From the NCBI GenBank assembly GCA_965153455.1, contig OZ234493.1, forward strand, positions 17,474,213 to 17,538,212: a DNA stretch of 64,000 nucleotides, given 5' to 3'. The notes under the pieces were generated by a model, which was not told the origin of the DNA, ran no database searches, and saw only the letters and a list, made by a program, of their open reading frames with translations. Every line of letters starts with the position of its first letter. Position 1 is the stretch's first letter. This DNA comes from Sphagnum compactum. Lineage: Eukaryota. This document shows positions 49,095 through 62,954 of the stretch, piece after piece. The position numbers were made by a program, and so were the translations under genes.

Positions 49095-49600
49095 ACTCTG
49101 CAGCTCTCCGCCGAGGCTACATCCAAATGGCTCTTTTTCGCGAGACTCCCAAGTTGGAGTCCCGAAACTGTCCCAGGTTGGAGTCCCGGAACTTTGGGAG
49201 CTCGTATCTCCCAGCTCCAACCTCCGATTGGAGTGATCCTTGAACCAAAGTTGTAGCTCTCTTTGAGAGCTTTCCAATGCCATGTCGCACTCCTTCTGTA
49301 GACGTCGGGAAGACGTCAATTCCCGACTTTTAGTGGTCAGGAGTCAAACTGCCAGTTTGACTCCCGGCCCTTCTTTTGCCCATAACTTGGGTTGCAGATG
49401 TCCAAATGGCTAATGCGAGGCCATTTTAGACATGTAAACTTCAAGACCTTTCCATTGATATAAAGAACACCTCAAGGCGAGGTGTTTTGACCCCCTGTAA
49501 TTGCTTCTGAGTTTTCGAGAGTCCGAGAGGACTCCAAGTCTCCCACTTTTGGGAGTGTGAGTTGCACTCTCACCCTTAGCCTCAAAGTGGGGTTGCGACA
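49095..49600 (-). repeat. Truncated LTR of another related subfamily
   Basis: actctgcagctctcc...ggctacatccaaatgg...gggttgcgaca matches part of the element-1 LTR; the other end is missing. Confidence 0.85.
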
Positions 49601-49633
49601 TTGTAAGCAAGAGACTTGCCTCTCCAACTAGGG
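49601..49633 (+). pseudogene. Left stub of the older Gypsy copy into which element 2 inserted
   Basis: ttgtaagcaagagacttgcctctccaactaggg corresponds to [11 protein letters not shown] of the intact pol and continues at 57031 (NWRGKVDLL). Confidence 0.8.
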
Positions 49634-50670
49634 TGTCGCAACCCTAGCTTTGGGCCCGGGACCAAAGGCAAAGGGGTTATAAGGTTGCGGGTCAAGAGGA
49701 AACCCGGGAGTTAAACCAAAAGGTTGCTCGGGAGTTAAACCAAGAGGTTGCTCGGGAGTTAAACCAAGAGGAAGCCCGGGAGCCAAGGCAAGAGAAAGCC
49801 CGGGAGTCACATCACACTCCCGGGAGTGTAAGAAAGTGTGAGGGAGTGTGAGGGAGTGAACACTCACACTCCCAAGGCAACTCCCACTTTGGGGAGATGG
49901 AGTCCCGGTGGACTCCCAAAACTTCAGAGAGCAATTGCAGGTGTCAAACCTCAATGTCTTGTGGCGTTCTTTATATCATTGGAAAGCTCTTGAAGCGTAG
50001 ATATCTAAAATGGGCTCGCATAGCTCATTTGGACATCTGAAACACAAGTTATGGCCAAAAGAAGGATCGGGAGTCGAATTCCCGGGAGTCTGCCAGTTTT
50101 GACTCCCGACCACTAAAAGTCGGGAATCGACCCGAAATACTAGGCTGCAGAGGACGTGCCACATATCGTTGGAAAGCTCTCGACGAGAGCTACAACTTTG
50201 CTTCAGACCGCATCGCGATCCGAGGTCTGCTCGCAAAGTTATGGGGCTCCAAAGTCGCGGGAGTCGCATTTGGCGCGATTTCGGGACTCCCACGCGGGAG
50301 TCCCGGGAAAAATAGCCATTTGGATGTAGCCTCCGTGGAGAGCTGCAGAGTATACTATAAGGGGGAAGGTGGTGGCTTCCCCCAAGTCCGGGCCGTGGTG
50401 AGTCTTGTGTGTCTGTGTTGCCCGTGGCTCGTCCTAGCACCAAAGGTGCTCCAACTATGCACTAACCACTTTGTGTGGGTTGTGTGCAGGCCCGTGTGAG
50501 TGAATAAGCTTGTCAATTCTTCCTAGTCTATCCCGGGACTTCTAGCACACCCCTCTCACCCCCCCTCTAGTGCTAGAAGTCGGGAGCGTGCTCCAAGTTC
50601 CAACTCCTTCCGCATTGCCACATACTTGGACCCTCAAGTGGGTCCACTAGGAACTTGGGAGTGCGTCACT

Positions 50671-50682
50671 TGGTATCAGAGC
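50671..50682 (+). other. Primer-binding site (tRNA-iMet) of element 2
   Basis: TGGTATCAGAGC two bases after the 5' LTR end. Confidence 0.92.
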
Positions 50683-50717
50683 TCCGGTGAGCTCGATCCA
50701 CTTATTGGGGAGTTCCG

Positions 50718-53700
50718 ATGGCACCAAGGAAGACCCGCAAGCTAGTCCAAGAGCCCGTGGTGGAAGAACCCACCCAAGACCTAGATGTTCCTCCCGAAGC
50801 TATGAGGGAGGAGGAACAAAACCATTCCGAAGATGAAGAAGACCGTGTTAGCCTTGAGGAGCATGAAAATGAAGAGGAGCAACCTAATGCGGTGCTCTTC
50901 ACCCCGGAACAATTGGAGGTCTTACTCAAAATGAATAGGCCCGATTTTAGTGAATTGGTTGAGGCCCTCAAGGGAGGTTCATCCAAAAGTGTGGGGTTCA
51001 AGCCCGCTAGGCCCGGGAACTTTGATGGGGCCCGGGATCGGAAAGTTGTGGATGCTTGGCTTGCGGAAATGGAGGACTACCTTCATGCCGCCAAGGTTGG
51101 TCGGCATTCGGCCGTGGAACTTGCCCAATCCTATTTGAAGGGCTATGCCTCCACATGGTGGAGGACGGTGAGGCAAGAAGAAGGGAAGACCCATGGCTAC
51201 ACATGGGAATTCTTCAAGGAGCGTATTGAGTTGGAATTCATTCCCAAGAATTCCGACTACATTTCAAGATGCAAACTCCGTGACCTTGAGAATGGGAGCA
51301 ATGACAACTTGCGCCAATATGTGAGGGCTTACTCCGAACTCATGCTTGAGATTCGACATATGCATGAGTTAGACCGGGTGTGCCACTTTGTGATGGGACT
51401 TCCCACTTGGGCCAAACGCAAGCTTGAGGAGAATTGGCCCACCTCACTAACCGAAGCCATCATGAAAGTGGAAGGCTTTTCGGATGTTGGGCGTGGTGAG
51501 AAGTCCGGATTCAAAAGGGATAACAAGTTCCCTCATAAGAAGGCACGCCATGAAGGGGAATGGAACCGAGGCCAAGACACCTCAAAAGGGGAAAAACCTA
51601 AACAATTCCAAGGCTCGGGTTTCAAACCCAAGGGAAATTTTGTGAAGAAAGGGGCTCCTTTCAAAGGGAGCCAACCCAAAGGAGATGTTAGTGGCAAACC
51701 TAAGGGAACATGTTTCAATTGTAATGAAGTGGGCCATTACTCCAAAGATTGCCCCAAACCCAAACCGGGGAGTGGGGCTTCTAAGGTAATTGCCCTCACC
51801 TCCCACCTAGCCGAAGGTGAATGTAACCGCCTTATTTTCTTAAAAGGGAAAGTTTCTAAGCGGGAAGTTTTATGTCTTTTGGACACAGGCGCTTCCCACA
51901 ACTTCATAACCCAAGAAAGTGCCCAAAGAATGGAGCTCCGGTTGGAGGAGCTCAAGGCACCCATAGAGGTGCATTTTGCGGATGGGATTCCCCATCCCAC
52001 CAAGTTGCAAGCAAGAGATGTGCCGCTCCAAATGGGGAATTGGAGAGGCAAGGTGGATTTGTTAGTCTCCACCTTAGGGGGCATGGATTGCATTTTGGGA
52101 ATGGAATTCATCACACAAAACAATGTGCTCATAGAAGGGCACAATAGGCTAGTTAGGATCCCATCCAAGAGTGGGATTGTGCGGGTGAAGGCACATGAAG
52201 TGCCTAGTGTGGGTGAGACCACCATCCACTTGATGTTGGGAAAGAACTTGGAAAAAGAATGTGGGGGAGGCTACGGCATGTTATGTGTGATGCGGGTGTT
52301 GGATGAGTTTGAACCAAAGGAGGCCACCAAGGTGGTGAGCCCCCACAAGTGCATCAAGCAAGTGTTAGAGGAATTCCCGGATGTGATGCCCGAAGAGTTG
52401 CCCGACGAGTTGCCCCCGAGAAGACAAGTGGACCATGCCATTGAGGTGGTCCCGGGAGTGGCACCTCCCGCTAAGGCCCCGTATCGAATGAGTCATGAAG
52501 AGTTAAAAGAGCTCAAGGTTCAACTCGAAGAACTCCTTGCAAAGGGATACATCAAGCCTAGCAAGTCACCATATGGGGCGCCCGTCCTTTTTGCTCACAA
52601 GAAGGATGGGACTTTGAGGATGTGCGTAGATTATAGAGCCCTCAACAAGGTGACGGTGAAGAATCGGTACCCATTGCCTCGGATTGATGACTTGTTTGAT
52701 CGGCTTTCGGGAGCCAAAGTGTTTAGTAGGATTGACCTACGTTCGGGATACTACCAAATTCGAATTGCACAAGGGGATGAAGAGAAAACCGCTTGCCGCA
52801 CAAGGTATGGTTCATATGAATTCTTGGTGATGCCATTTGGGCTCACCAATGCACCCGCCACATTTTGCACCCTCATGAATGACATTTTCCGAGAGTGGCT
52901 TGATGATTTTGTGGTCGTCTACATAGACGACATTTTGATCTATAGTAGCTCCTTGGAGGAGCATGCGGAGCACCTTCGTAAGGTGTTCCAAAGGTTAAAA
53001 GAAAACAAGTTGTATGCCAAGTTCGAGAAGTGTGAGTTTGGAGTGTCGGAGGTGGACTTCCTTGGGCATAGGATCACCCAAGAAGGTTTGAAAATGGATG
53101 ACCACAAGGTGAAAGCAATCTTGGATTGGGAACCACCTAAGTCCGTTCCCGCCTTAAGGTCCTTTTTGGGATTGGCTTCTTATTATCGCAAGTTCATCAA
53201 GAACTTTGCAAAGATAGCCACACCTTTGACAAACCTTTTGAAGAAGTCATCCGGGACTTATGAATGGGAGGAGGCATGCAATGAGGCCTTTGAGACTTTG
53301 AAAGGCATTTTGGTGAAGGCGCCCGTGTTGAAGTTGCCCGATTTTGACAAGGACTTTGAGATCCATTCCGATGCGTCCGACTTTGCCATAGGAGGAGTCC
53401 TAGTGCAAGATGGAAGGCCGGTGGCCTTCGAAAGCAAGAAGTTGAATGAGACGGAGCGAAGGTGGCCAACCCATGAAAAGGAAATGTGGGCCGTGATACA
53501 TTGTCTCAAGACTTGGGGCCATTACATAGGTTCCAAAGATGTGGTGGTGTGGACCGACAATGTCACCTTGAAGTACTTCGCAACTCAACCAAAGTTGTCA
53601 TCAAAACAAGTGAGATGGCAAGACACATTGGCTTTGTTCAATGTGGACATTCGGCATAAGCCCGGGAAGGAAAATGTGGTGCCGGACGCATTGAGTCGGA

Positions 53701-55208
53701 AACACCAACTCAAAGTGGTGTATGTGGGAGAAACAAAGTTCCAAAAGGATGTTCGACTTGGGAGCCGTCGGGATGAATTTGCCAAGGAAAGGAAGCAAGA
53801 CATTCAAAAGGGGATCAAGTCCCACTTCCACTTGCGAGATGGACTTTTGTGGTATAAGCAAAGTCGGCTCTATGTTCCAAAAGGGAGGCTAAGAGATGTG
53901 CTTTTGAAGGAATGCCATGATGGGCCCCTTGCGGGTCACGGTGGTGCAAAGCGCACCACCACATTCCTCAAGAAGTCCTATTATTGGCCCAACTTGAAGG
54001 AGGATGCGGAGGAATACGTGAAGACTTGCTTGACTTGCCAACAAAACCGGGCACTCAATAAAAAGCAAGCGGGATTGTTGCGACCGTTACCCATTCCGGA
54101 AGGGCCGTGGGAAAGTGTCTCCATGGATTTCATGGTGAGTTTGCCACCATCAAAGGGGTTTGATGCGATCATGGTGGTGGTGGATCGGTTTAGCAAGATG
54201 GCACATTTCATTCCTACCAAGGATAGTGCCACGGCCCAAGAGACGGGAAGGTTGTTCTTCACCCACGTGTTCAAGCATCATGGCCTCCCAAAGGACATTG
54301 TGTCGGACCGAGACCCCAAGTTCACAAGCAAGTTTTGGAGAGCCTTGTGGAAGCGCATGGGGTCCGAGCTCAAGATGAGCACTTCCTTTCGGCCTCAAAC
54401 GGATGGACAAACCGAGAGGGTGAACTTGGTGATCCAACAATTCCTAAGGAATTATGTGGCAGCGGATCAACAAGATTGGGTGGACCATTTGGAGTTGGCC
54501 GAATTTTGTTACAACAATTCGGAGCATTCGGCAACGGGGGCCACCCCATTTCAAATGGTGACGGGCAAGTCACCAATTGTGCCCACAACTTGGGTTGGGC
54601 AACCCCCAAGTGATGCAAGTGAGGAAGTGCCCATGGTCACACAACTTGATGAAGAAAGGCGACGCTTGTGGGAGATGGCCAAGGCCAATCTTGAGAAGGC
54701 GCATAAAAGGTACAAGAGTTTTGCGGACAAGTCCCGTCGAGAGGTGAATTTTGAAGAAGGGGATGAAGTATGGTTGAACATCAAGAACTTCCGGTTGCCC
54801 GAAGGATTGAGCCATAAGTTCTTGGGCCCATATGCGGGTCCATTCAAAGTGTTGGAAAAGAAATTTCCCGACACTTACAAGTTAGAACTACCGGAAAATC
54901 TCAAGGTTCACCCCATATTTCATGTTTCGCTTTTGAAGCCGGTCGTCCGTGATGCCTCAAGGCCCGATCGAGAGCACAACTCAAGGCCCCCTCCGGATTT
55001 GGTTCATAATGAACCGGAATTTGAAGTGGAGGCCGTGCTCAAGTCAAGGCAACTAAAGGGGCAAGAGCGGGAGTACTTGGTCAAGTGGAAAGGATACCAT
55101 CCAATAGAGGCATCTTGGGTGAATGAGTCCGACATGGAACATGCCCAAGAAGCCATAGAAGAATTCCACAATAGACCGGCTAAAAGGCAAAGGAAACATA
55201 GAGCGTGA
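50718..55208 (+). CDS. Gag-Pol polyprotein with chromodomain, 1496 aa
   Basis: Same motifs as 40747-45237; the two translations appear identical. Confidence 0.97.
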   Translation: MAPRKTRKLVQEPVVEEPTQDLDVPPEAMREEEQNHSEDEEDRVSLEEHENEEEQPNAVLFTPEQLEVLLKMNRPDFSELVEALKGGSSKSVGFKPARPGNFDGARDRKVVDAWLAEMEDYLHAAKVGRHSAVELAQSYLKGYASTWWRTVRQEEGKTHGYTWEFFKERIELEFIPKNSDYISRCKLRDLENGSNDNLRQYVRAYSELMLEIRHMHELDRVCHFVMGLPTWAKRKLEENWPTSLTEAIMKVEGFSDVGRGEKSGFKRDNKFPHKKARHEGEWNRGQDTSKGEKPKQFQGSGFKPKGNFVKKGAPFKGSQPKGDVSGKPKGTCFNCNEVGHYSKDCPKPKPGSGASKVIALTSHLAEGECNRLIFLKGKVSKREVLCLLDTGASHNFITQESAQRMELRLEELKAPIEVHFADGIPHPTKLQARDVPLQMGNWRGKVDLLVSTLGGMDCILGMEFITQNNVLIEGHNRLVRIPSKSGIVRVKAHEVPSVGETTIHLMLGKNLEKECGGGYGMLCVMRVLDEFEPKEATKVVSPHKCIKQVLEEFPDVMPEELPDELPPRRQVDHAIEVVPGVAPPAKAPYRMSHEELKELKVQLEELLAKGYIKPSKSPYGAPVLFAHKKDGTLRMCVDYRALNKVTVKNRYPLPRIDDLFDRLSGAKVFSRIDLRSGYYQIRIAQGDEEKTACRTRYGSYEFLVMPFGLTNAPATFCTLMNDIFREWLDDFVVVYIDDILIYSSSLEEHAEHLRKVFQRLKENKLYAKFEKCEFGVSEVDFLGHRITQEGLKMDDHKVKAILDWEPPKSVPALRSFLGLASYYRKFIKNFAKIATPLTNLLKKSSGTYEWEEACNEAFETLKGILVKAPVLKLPDFDKDFEIHSDASDFAIGGVLVQDGRPVAFESKKLNETERRWPTHEKEMWAVIHCLKTWGHYIGSKDVVVWTDNVTLKYFATQPKLSSKQVRWQDTLALFNVDIRHKPGKENVVPDALSRKHQLKVVYVGETKFQKDVRLGSRRDEFAKERKQDIQKGIKSHFHLRDGLLWYKQSRLYVPKGRLRDVLLKECHDGPLAGHGGAKRTTTFLKKSYYWPNLKEDAEEYVKTCLTCQQNRALNKKQAGLLRPLPIPEGPWESVSMDFMVSLPPSKGFDAIMVVVDRFSKMAHFIPTKDSATAQETGRLFFTHVFKHHGLPKDIVSDRDPKFTSKFWRALWKRMGSELKMSTSFRPQTDGQTERVNLVIQQFLRNYVAADQQDWVDHLELAEFCYNNSEHSATGATPFQMVTGKSPIVPTTWVGQPPSDASEEVPMVTQLDEERRRLWEMAKANLEKAHKRYKSFADKSRREVNFEEGDEVWLNIKNFRLPEGLSHKFLGPYAGPFKVLEKKFPDTYKLELPENLKVHPIFHVSLLKPVVRDASRPDREHNSRPPPDLVHNEPEFEVEAVLKSRQLKGQEREYLVKWKGYHPIEASWVNESDMEHAQEAIEEFHNRPAKRQRKHRA

Positions 55209-57030
55209 TGAGGACATCACCTTTCTTTTAGGGGGCGGAAAGTTACACAAATGTACCAAATCAAGTTGTAAGTGAAATAAAGGCTAAAGACTTCCGAGAG
55301 ATTGCATCACAAACATAATAATATGTTAGAAAAGGGGGCGTTGTCAAGTGGCATGGACAAATGGAACTTTCTTGCGTAAGCCCAAATCAAAATCGGACTC
55401 CTACTTGGGGGCTAGGAGAAATCTTGGTCCGAAAAGAGGAGGCAAGCAAGGTGAGCTTGCGGGGACGTGCACATGCCCAAAGTGCATCCCAAGGGGTTGG
55501 TTGGTAGTGGCGGCCAACGCGGGAAGTCATGACCCCGTTCGTGTACTATAATCGCGTATCTTGGGACTTAGGCTTTTGCAAAGCCTAAACGTCGCTTCTC
55601 GTACCTTGATAAGCATACCTTTAGGAAAGGCTTGATTGTTGTGATCAAGGCGCAAGATTGCGAAAGGAGTCATGTCAAGTAGCTTAGGTCAAGATTAGGC
55701 TTGGCTTGAGTTCCTCATGAAGGGAAGGTTGAAAGAATGGCCTCCCAAATGAGGGCTTCGTCAATTAGGCTAGTTAGGTCTTTTGACGAAGCGATGGAGG
55801 GTTTCTATTGAGACACCCTTGGACTTGCCAAGAGAGTGTTGGAAGCTTGGGGACGCCTAAGTTAGCTTGAGGCAAGGTCCGGCCGCAAGGAGTCGGCATT
55901 TGATGGCCAAGGATCCAAAAGAAAGCAATTGTAATTGTTGAAAGAAATTCTAAGTGTCAATGAGGACATTGACCTCTCCTTCTAGTGGGGGAGAGTGTCG
56001 CAACCCTAGCTTTGGGCCCGGGACCAAAGGCAAAGGGGTTATAAGGTTGCGGGTCAAGAGGAAACCCGGGAGTTAAACCAAAAGGTTGCTCGGGAGTTAA
56101 ACCAAGAGGTTGCTCGGGAGTTAAACCAAGAGGAAGCCCGGGAGCCAAGGCAAGAGAAAGCCCGGGAGTCACATCACACTCCCGGGAGTGTAAGAAAGTG
56201 TGAGGGAGTGTGAGGGAGTGAACACTCACACTCCCAAGGCAACTCCCACTTTGGGGAGATGGAGTCCCGGTGGACTCCCAAAACTTCAGAGAGCAATTGC
56301 AGGTGTCAAACCTCAATGTCTTGTGGCGTTCTTTATATCATTGGAAAGCTCTTGAAGCGTAGATATCTAAAATGGGCTCGCATAGCTCATTTGGACATCT
56401 GAAACACAAGTTATGGCCAAAAGAAGGATCGGGAGTCGAATTCCCGGGAGTCTGCCAGTTTTGACTCCCGACCACTAAAAGTCGGGAATCGACCCGAAAT
56501 ACTAGGCTGCAGAGGACGTGCCACATATCGTTGGAAAGCTCTCGACGAGAGCTACAACTTTGCTTCAGACCGCATCGCGATCCGAGGTCTGCTCGCAAAG
56601 TTATGGGGCTCCAAAGTCGCGGGAGTCGCATTTGGCGCGATTTCGGGACTCCCACGCGGGAGTCCCGGGAAAAATAGCCATTTGGATGTAGCCTCCGTGG
56701 AGAGCTGCAGAGTATACTATAAGGGGGAAGGTGGTGGCTTCCCCCAAGTCCGGGCCGTGGTGAGTCTTGTGTGTCTGTGTTGCCCGTGGCTCGTCCTAGC
56801 ACCAAAGGTGCTCCAACTATGCACTAACCACTTTGTGTGGGTTGTGTGCAGGCCCGTGTGAGTGAATAAGCTTGTCAATTCTTCCTAGTCTATCCCGGGA
56901 CTTCTAGCACACCCCTTTCACCCCCCCTCTAGTGCTAGAAGTCGGGAGCGTGCTCCAAGTTCCAACTCCTTCCGCATTGCCACATACTTGGACCCTCAAG
57001 TGGGTCCACTAGGAACTTGGGAGTGCGTCA

Positions 57031-60013
57031 TAGGGAATTGGAGAGGAAGGTGGATTTGCTGGTTTCCACCTTAGGGGGGATGGATTGCATTTTGGGAATG
57101 GAATTCATCACCCATAACACTGTGCTCATAGAAAGGCACAATAGGTTAGTTAGAATCCCTTCCAAAAATGGGATTGTGCGGGTGAAGGCACACGAAGTGC
57201 CTCGTGTGGGTGGATCGATCATCCACTTAATGTTAGGAAAAACTTTGGAAAAAGAATGCGTGGGAGGTTATGGCATGTTGTGTGTGATGTGGGTGTTGAA
57301 TGAGTTTGAGCCAAAGGAAGCTACCAATTTGGTAAGTCCTTTCAAGTGCCTTAAGCAAGTCTTGGATGAATTCCTAGATGTGATGCCCGAAGAATTGCCC
57401 GACGAGTTGCCCCCGAGAAGACAAGTTGACCATGCAATCGAAGTGATGCTGGGAGTGGCACCTCCCGCCAAGGCCCTATATCGAATGAGTCATAAGGAGT
57501 TCAAGGAACCCAAGGTTCAACTTGAGGAACTCCTCACAAAGGGATACATCAAACCTAGCAAGTCACCATATGGGGCACCCGTCCTCTTTGTTCACAAGAA
57601 GGATGGGACGTTGAGGATGTGTGTGGATATAGAGCCCTCAACAAGGTGACAGTGAAGAATCGATACCCATTACCTCGGATTGATGACTTGTTTAATCGAC
57701 TATCAGGAGCCAAAGTGTTTAGTAGGATTAACCTACGCTCTGGGTATTACCAAATTCGCATCGTAGAAGGGGACAAAGAAAAGACTGCTTGTCGCACAAG
57801 GTATGGCTCATACGAGTTCCTGGTGATGCCTTTTGGACTCACCAATGCACCCGCCACGTTTTACACCCTCATGAATAACATTTTTTGAGACTAACTTGAT
57901 GACTTTGTGGTCGTCTACATAGATGACATTTTGGTTTATATCAACTCTATGGAAGAGCATGTGGAGCATCTTTGGAAGGTGTTCCAAAGGTTGAGAGAAA
58001 ACAAGTTGTATGCCAAGTTTGAAAAATGCGAATTTGGAGTCTCAGAAGTGAATTTCCTTAGACATAAGATCACCTAAAAAGGTTTGAAGATGGATGACCA
58101 CAAGGTGAAGGCAATTTTGGATTGGGAACCACTTAGGTCGGTTCTGGCCTTAAGATCCTTTTTAGGATTGGCCTCCTATTATCACAAGTTCATCAAAAAC
58201 TTTGCAAAGATAGCCACGCCTTTGACAAACCTTTTGAAGAAATCATCCGGAACTTACGAATGGGATGAAACATGCAACAAAGAAAGTGCCACAGCCCAAG
58301 AGACGGGAAGGTTGTTCTTCACGCACGTGTTCAAACATCATGGCCTCCCAAAGGACATTGTGTCGGATCGAGACCCAAAGTTCACAAGCAAGTTTTAGCG
58401 AGCCTTGTGGAAGCGCATGGGGTCGGAGCTCAAGATGAGCACCTCATCCGAACCCCAAACGGATGGACAAACCGAGATAATGAACTTGGTTATCCAACAA
58501 TTCCTAAGGAATTATGTGGCGACGGATCAACAAGATTGGGTGGACCATTTGAAGTTGGCCAATTTTTGCTACAACAATTCGGAGCATTCGGCAATAGGAG
58601 CCACCCCCTTTCAAATGGTGACTGGCAAATCACCAATTGTGCCCACAACTTGGGCCGTTGTTGGGCAACCCCTAAGTGATGTAAGTGAGGAAGTGCCGAT
58701 GGTCACACAACTTGATGAAGAAAGGCGACGCTTGTGGGAGATGGCTAAGGCCAATCTTGAAAAGGTGCATAAAAAAGACTTTGCGGACAAGTCTCGACGA
58801 GAGGTGAATTTTGAAGAAGGAAATGAAGTGTGGTTGAACATCAAAAATTTCTAGTTGCCAAAAGGTTTGAGCCACAAGTTCTTGGGCCCATATGTGGGTC
58901 CATTCAATGTGTTGGAAAAGAAATTCCCCGACACTTACAAATTAGAATTACTGGAAAATCTTAGAATTCATCCCGTATTTCATGTTTCGCTTTTGAAGCC
59001 GGTCACGCGTCATGCCTTAAGGCCTAATCGAGAGCACAACTCGAGGCCTAATTCATAATGAACCACAATTTGAAGTGGAGTCTGTGCTCAAGTAAAGGCA
59101 ACTAAAGGGTCGAGAGCGGGAGTACTTGGTTAAGTGGAAAGGTTACCATCCAATAGAGGCATCTTGGGTGAATGAGTTAGATATGGAACATGCCCAAGAA
59201 GCCATAGAGGAAATTCACAATAGACCGACAAAGAAGCAAAAGAAACATAGAACGTGATGAGGAGATCACCTTTCTTTTAATGAGGCAAGGTATTACACAA
59301 ATGTACCACATCAAGTTGTAAATGAAATAAAGGTTTAAAGCTTCGAAGAGATTGCGTCACAAACATAATGAATATTACTAAAAGGGTTGTCAAGTGGCAT
59401 GGACAAATGGAACTCCCTTGCATAAGCCCAAATCAAAATCAAACTCCTACTTTGGGGCTAAGAGAAACCTTGGCCCCAAACGAGGAGGTAAACAAGGTGA
59501 GCTTACGGGGACGTGCATATGCCCAAAGTGCATCCCAAAGGGTTGGTTGGTAGTGACGGCCAACGTGGGAAGTTATGACCCCGTTCGCGTACTATAATCG
59601 CATAGCTTGGGACTTAGGTTTTTGCAAAGCTTAAACGTTGCTTCTTGTACCTTGATAAACATACTTTTAGTTAGGCTTGATTGTTGTGATCAAAGCGCAA
59701 GGTTGGGAAAGGAGTCATGTCAAGTGACTTAGGTCAAGATTAGACTTGGCTTGAATTCCTCATGAGAGGAGGGATGAAATAATTGCCTCCCAAATGAGGG
59801 CTTCGTCAATTAGGCTAGTTTAGGTCTTTTGACGAAGTAAAGGTTAATGGTTTTGTTTTAGACCCGTCTGGACTTACCAAGATAGTGTTGGAAATTTGGG
59901 GACGCCTAAGCTAGCTTGAGGCAATGTCTTGCCACAGAAGTCGACAATAGATGGCCAAGGATCCAAGTGAAAGCAATTGCATTGAGAAAATAATTTCTAA
60001 GTGTCAATGAGGA
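57031..60013 (+). pseudogene. Older degenerate copy of the same Gypsy family (end of protease, RT, integrase, chromodomain, 3' UTR); no PPT or 3' LTR
   Basis: Colinear with 52030-55965 but with stops and frameshifts. It jumps from WDETCN to KESATAQ at ~58279, and homology stops after aagtgtcaatgagga. Confidence 0.93.
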
Positions 60014-61199
60014 AAAGATCATGAGGAATGTAATTGAGATGAGAACCTCTATCACAATCCTCCAAGGGGAAGAGGTTAAGAAATCACCTGAGGAAGACAC
60101 AGGCGATGATTTTGCAAGGGAATGACCCATGGGGCAAGGTAAACCAATGAATCCCAAAGGAGAAGGAAAACCAGTGGTCAAGGGAGGTCTTGCAAAGATG
60201 ATTCATGACCACAAGGACATGTTGGCACACACCAAGATGAAAGTCAACATGTACGTACCAATATGCAATATTCTTTTAGTAGAAAATTGACCCATGATGC
60301 ATGTTCTCAAAGGCTTATTAGAGTTTTTTTTCAACCTTAGGTTTTAGATATAAAAAAATTGGAAAATACTATGAACATTTTGATGGTAGCTAGGTGACAC
60401 ATTAACAATTAGGAACAATTTCAATTGTAGGAGGTGGGGAAGTTGAAAGCTTAGCTTTCTATTGTCATTTATGAATTGAAATGCATGCCAAAGTATGCCG
60501 ATGGTAAGATGGTGGAATATGAATCCAAAATGATAGATTGGGAGTGATCTTACAACATGTGGCAAGCAGCTGGAAGAGATAAATAAGGAATGGTAGTAGG
60601 TTAGAGAGTTGCATTGAATGCTGTAGAAAAAACACCAAGAACTCACAAATGGAGAGACCTTGAATTGCCAATCCACGCTCAGAACTAAAGAACAATTTGA
60701 AGGTTTCAAAAAACAAGTCATAGGACAATTGGCAACTCTCATTCAGGAGCTAGAAGATGTGAAGATGGAGGTCATGCAATGATTGATATCTATTATGAAA
60801 CATCTTGACAAAGTCAATGATGCTAGTGTGAATGTGTGAAGATAGGAGTTTGTGAGTAGAAAGAATATTTTAAAAATATTTTATGCCATTTCAACATAAT
60901 ATTCTAAATATATTTCAAGACACATGTGAAAAATATTTGATGATGGGGTGGAATATTTTGCCACATGGAAGTTTAGGGTTTAGGGTTTAAGAGTTGGATG
61001 AAACTTTGATGAATATTTTTATGTTGCAAGTTTGGTGTGTGGTTGTACACACATAGTTTTAGGAATGACAATTCAAAATCTAAGAAAAAGGAAATTTTCT
61101 TTCATTTTAACACTTGAAAAATTCATCATTCTGATGTGTTCTCAACCGTGCATCACAAATTACTCTTGAGCTATATCCCTAGCAAATTTCATTCCAATT

Positions 61200-62350
61200 T
61201 TAGATCAAAAAATGAATGAAAAGCTCATTCTACCCACAAAACATAACATCATACATATAATACAAGTGCTTATAATGTAGCCACTTCCTTTAATTGCCCA
61301 AAAAGCTTGCCATCATTGCAATAAAGTCCATGTAAATATAATAAAAGTAATTTCCAATTGTCACCTCATATTGCTTTATAGGTATAGGTTGAAAGGAAGT
61401 GATCTTATAGATCTGTCCATGCCTTAGTGAAGGAACCTCTATGGGTGAAAAAACACTCACATTGAAAGTTTGATTTGTTTCGAACCTTTTTTTTTGTTGG
61501 GTTCAATATCTTTGGTTGTTGAATAACTTTTTTGTTATGAATTAGTACCAAGGATCCGAAGGTTGATTATCCAATGGAAAATTAAGGCCTTCAAAAAGGC
61601 TCCAAAGGGCACATCATTACTACTTGCATAAAAGAAATCTAGCTTCTTCTAGTGTTGTCACCTCATGCCAATTCAAATTACTCCCTATTTGCATGAGCCA
61701 CAAAGAAAGAACAATTGGGCTATCATATTTTCTAGAGGTGCCTCCCATACAATGTTCAAATCATTAGGACAAAACCAAAATTTGTGACGGGCAGGTCTAG
61801 ACCCTCTAAAATCACACCACAACACATCATAACATGGAGTATGTCTATCATGCCCCAAGTTCTTTGAACTAATTTTGGCATTACAAAGGTTTTTAATGCC
61901 TCTTTGCACTACAATGCATTGAGTATTGGATTGTTGGGGTCATCAATTCTCCAAAAACCATCCCCATAAACATTTTCTTACACTTCAAACCCCTAATGTG
62001 TTAGAGTTAAAGGTTTGCCCTCGAGAGTACCACTAGTTTGACCAGCATGAACTTCTAAATCACTAGTCAATGGAGTTGAGGTCTTGTCCACTCGTAGATG
62101 AGAGAAGTTCATAGGGTTATGCATGTGCGAATCATCTTCTAACTTTAAGAACAAAGTTGACTTGTGTTTCATGGATCCAAAAACCTCTTCATTGTCAAAT
62201 GTGGTGTATGTTGTGAAAATTCAGCACTAGTTTTGAAACTTGCAACTATTGTTGCCATTTCAGCAATTCTGTGAAAAGCATTTCACTTCCTTTTAAAAAC
62301 ATCTCCCCATATGCAACCTTGCATTGGGACCCAAATTTTTACAACAAATC
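61200..62350 (-). pseudogene. Degenerate SWIM-zinc-finger (transposon-associated) coding relic
   Basis: Minus strand 61372-61252 reads QYEVTIGNYFYYIYMDFIAMMASFLGN*RKWLHYKHLYY, which fits CxC..DF...CKH with TGY>TAY decay. KFWFCPND lies upstream. Boundaries are approximate. Confidence 0.45.
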
Positions 62351-62954
62351 CAAAAACAATGACATGAACAATGAGCTAAAAATGTTCATAGAGAAATTAT
62401 AGATGCTTGGGTCAACATGTGTCAATGTGGAGCAAAAACTTCAATGGTCCAAACTATGGAATTGGCCAAGGTTGTTGAGGGAATTTCAAAAATTCCCAAC
62501 ACTAAGAATTTTTTATGTTTTTGATAAATGGTTCCACAAAGCTACTTTCTAATTTCAAGTAATCATATTTGACATTGTGAAGTAATAATCTTAGATCTAT
62601 TTCTCTTATGTGAAAGGTTTAAGCTTTCATATTTGCTTTCAAGTTATGGGAGGCCACAACGTTGTTGGAGTCAATAGTAAAAAACCTTGGAGTAAGAATT
62701 GAAGAAAAACCTTAGCTTTTGAAACCCTTTCAGTCATCATGTAGTGTGATCCTCCCCTATCCCCCCCCTTTTTTTCCTTCTTTTTCACTTCCCCCCCCCA
62801 TGGTGATCAAAACCTTTTCGGTTACCATGTTGTGTGACCCCCTCTTATAAAATTGAAGGTTCTTATTTTGTTTCATTTTGATTAGTTGGGGATGCTTCAC
62901 AAGTCCAATTTTTGTTTATTTATTTATTTATTTATTTTTATTTTTTTTGCAATG

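Larger units (their letters stand above)
49634..57030 (+). mobile_element. Intact, very young Ty3/Gypsy chromovirus, element 2
   Basis: LTRs 49634-50668 and 55996-57030 are 1035 bp each, with only one difference seen by eye. TSD TAGGG at 49629-33 and 57031-35. PBS TGGTATCAGAGC 50671-50682. PPT agtgggggagag 55984-55995. Confidence 0.98.
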
